Shown here in pieces: positions 61,575 through 64,000 of a stretch of 64,000 nt of DNA (position 1 is its first letter; each line of letters begins with the position of its first letter). The notes under the pieces were generated by a model. That model searched no databases, was not told where the DNA came from, and was given only the letters and a program-made list of their open reading frames with translations. Origin of the DNA: Lytechinus pictus (Eukaryota); NCBI RefSeq assembly GCF_037042905.1, contig NC_087251.1:40302001-40366000 (forward strand), in the 5' to 3' direction. A program made the translations under genes and the position numbers.

Positions 61575-63212
61575 ATGTTTGAGATTTTGACCAAAATGAG
61601 ACCACTTCTTTCATCTGCTTGCCGGTTGTGTCACCACCATTCTCCAGTCCAAGGTAAGTTAGTTTGACCCGTCTTCAACAGAGATTTTAAAAATCCTGGA
61701 TGAGATAAATTTTCTTGAATTTTATTTATCTCATCCAGAGATAAAACTTTTGGATCTAGCTCATGAAACATCGACATAAGGGTAATCAATTATGAATGAT
61801 TGTTTTGCACATGTCTTAGGTCACATAATCATGGTCAAAGGTCATTTTTGGTGAATGGTTTGTGTTTTCTTCTGTGAATGATTATTCATTAGCTGTTTTC
61901 AGAGGCAGCACTGCTGCTATATCGAATTGTGTAATGCAGGCGAGACTGCCAGAGGCGTTCCACTTGTTACAGATTTGACAATAAGGACCCTCTTGTTAGA
62001 ACACAAAATGTTGAAACAATGATAATTAAACTGGTTCAGGGAGGAATAAAACTTTGTTTCACCTGATAACAAGGAGAAAATTTGAATATTCCATTTGATA
62101 AATACAAAAGAAATAGTAAGTGGATGATGTCATCAGGCCACTCATTGCATACCGACCAGGATGTGAATATAACTTTTACGTGAAATTCAGCAAAACTTTG
62201 AAATGTCATAACTTTCTTATTTTACATCAGATTTTGATGAAATTTTCAGTGTTATGCTTGTTGGATTTTTCTATTTTGATTCAAACCAACTTTTTGCTGG
62301 GGTGGTCTTGTCCTTTAAAATTATCAGAGAGTTTGTTCCATAGTTGAGGGTCTGCATATTGAAATGCTCTTTGCCCATAGGATAGTGTGGATAGTTTAAG
62401 AGGGACAAAAACTTTCTGTAACTTGAATGTACCTGCCTTTTGGGGTCAAACTCATTGAAAGGCTGTATGTGTTGTAAGTGAGGGGCCAATTTTTGCTGAC
62501 ATTCAAGTGCCACTACAAGAAGTTTGAATATCAAAGCGCAAGTCAGGATTTGTAAGCGCCTCCTATGTTGACAGGTTGGAATTATGCTCCCCAGGATGTG
62601 GAGAATGTGCACACATTTGGTGTGGTTAAGACTGACTGAATGCAGTCACTAGGGTGTAAGTGCCATCTAAATATCAATGTAGTTGCATAATTTATATCCA
62701 GTTGTGATTATTCTTCCCACAACTAGTAAGATTAATTAGAATAAATGAATAAGATTCGTATACACATTATTTCATGTTATTTCTTCCCCCAAACTACAGG
62801 AACATCTTTCTTTGGATCAATAGCCAGCTCAATACAGGGCTCTATATTCCAGCCCACCCTTCAAACAGTGCGAAGCATCACCATCAATCAGCTCCATAGA
62901 AGAGGACCGCTGCGCAAGAAACCCAACCCCAATAAGACATTTGCAATGGACATGCGTCCCCAAATGAAGGGGGTGGTACTGAAGACCTTGATTCGTAAGC
63001 CTAAGAAACCCAATTCAGCCAACAGGAAGTGCGCCAAGGTGAGGCTAAGCAATGGTCGAGAGGTAGTGGCCTTTATCCCGGGAGAAGGCCATAATCTTCA
63101 AGAACATAACATTGTCTTGGTGGAAGGTGGCAGGACGCAAGACTTGCCTGGTGTCAAACATACCGTCATCAGGGGGAAATATGACTGTGGACATGTCGTC
63201 AAGAGGAAATGA
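61575..63212 (+). CDS. MRPS12: Mitochondrial ribosomal protein S12 (uS12m), 2 coding exons (61575-61653, 62800-63212), 163 aa
   Basis: S12 signatures [31 protein letters not shown] and [10 protein letters not shown]; the N-terminal exon resembles a mitochondrial presequence; phase-1 GTAAGT...ctacag intron. Confidence 0.95.
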
Positions 63213-64000
63213 ACTCTGGATTCATTGTAAAACAATGTTTCGCACCATGTGTTGAATGTTGGATCAAGTTTTAGCTTCAGCAGAAAGATCAGCAGTAATA
63301 TATCGGGTACATCTTGACAGTTCCTAGGCCTGCAGTGAAGGTTATTTCATACATTGTGTTCTTATTATCCTTAACATCGAATGCAGTGTGTATTGGGTCT
63401 TCCAACCTTGAAAATGGAAACATCAATTTATTCAAGATGAGACTCAATTTAGAATTATTAATGTATGAGAAGTTATGTGAGGGGTTTATGTTGATTTCTC
63501 ATAAATTGCAATGTCATCTGTCACATGTTTTTATTGATCTATCAATTAAAAACCTGAAATATCTATAATAATGATAATAAAAGAATAAAGGTGTTATTTT
63601 ATAAAGCGCGCACACTGTCGAAGACGCTCGTGGTGCTAGCCCAGCAACACCTCCTTCAGGTGCCCGAAACATTTTTATTACTGATTTTTTTTTTTTTTTT
63701 TTTTCCTTAGCTAGTTTCATGTGTGAAACTCTTTTTTTAATAAGAGGGCGGGGGGGGGGGGGGGTCGAAACATACATAATTAAAACAATTGTCTGCTTGC
63801 TGCCATTTATCGTATAGCTACCAGCCTACCAATACTACATGAAAGTTAAAATCTGAAAGTGGTTGTATTAAAAAAAAAAAATTCACTAATACGTAAAAAA
63901 ATGAATCAGCTTCAACTCAGAATACATTTAATAAAAATAGGGAAAGATGACCTGTTCTTGAATAATCTGAAGAAAAGAACCATTTACAGTTAATACATAT

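Noticed and set aside
62745..63212. Bacterial rpsL, horizontal transfer or NUMT
   Set aside because: It has a spliceosomal intron and a presequence-like N-terminal exon, so it is ordinary nuclear MRPS12.

Overview
AT-rich, intron-rich animal genomic DNA. The repeat types and protein sequences suggest a marine invertebrate deuterostome such as a sea urchin (inference). I reconstructed three spliced genes by hand, with phase-consistent splice sites. (1) KNL1/CASC5/Spc105, the kinetochore scaffold: + strand, 20 coding exons from 6413 to 40929, about 1967 aa. It has SILK and RVSF PP1 motifs, about 19 MELT-like motifs including a young 129-bp tandem array, a coiled coil, a C-terminal RWD region and a probable GC-AG intron. 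(2) A TEX43/SPMIP10-like axonemal microtubule inner protein gene: - strand, 3 coding exons from 52122 to 49266, 140 aa, with a dense cluster of RFX X-box motifs. (3) MRPS12: + strand, 61575-63212, 163 aa, probably head-to-head with the TEX43-like gene. Introns and intergenic DNA are full of non-autonomous elements: Helentron/DINE-1-like, Kolobok-, piggyBac-, hAT-, P-, Harbinger- and pogo-type MITEs, a 3.4-kb IS3EU-like foldback element with ~1-kb TIRs, tRNA-derived SINEs, and RTE and L2 fragments. I found no prokaryotic or viral system, CRISPR array or intact transposase. The most notable items are the KNL1 MELT-repeat architecture, the TEX43/MRPS12 promoter region and the IS3EU-like element.
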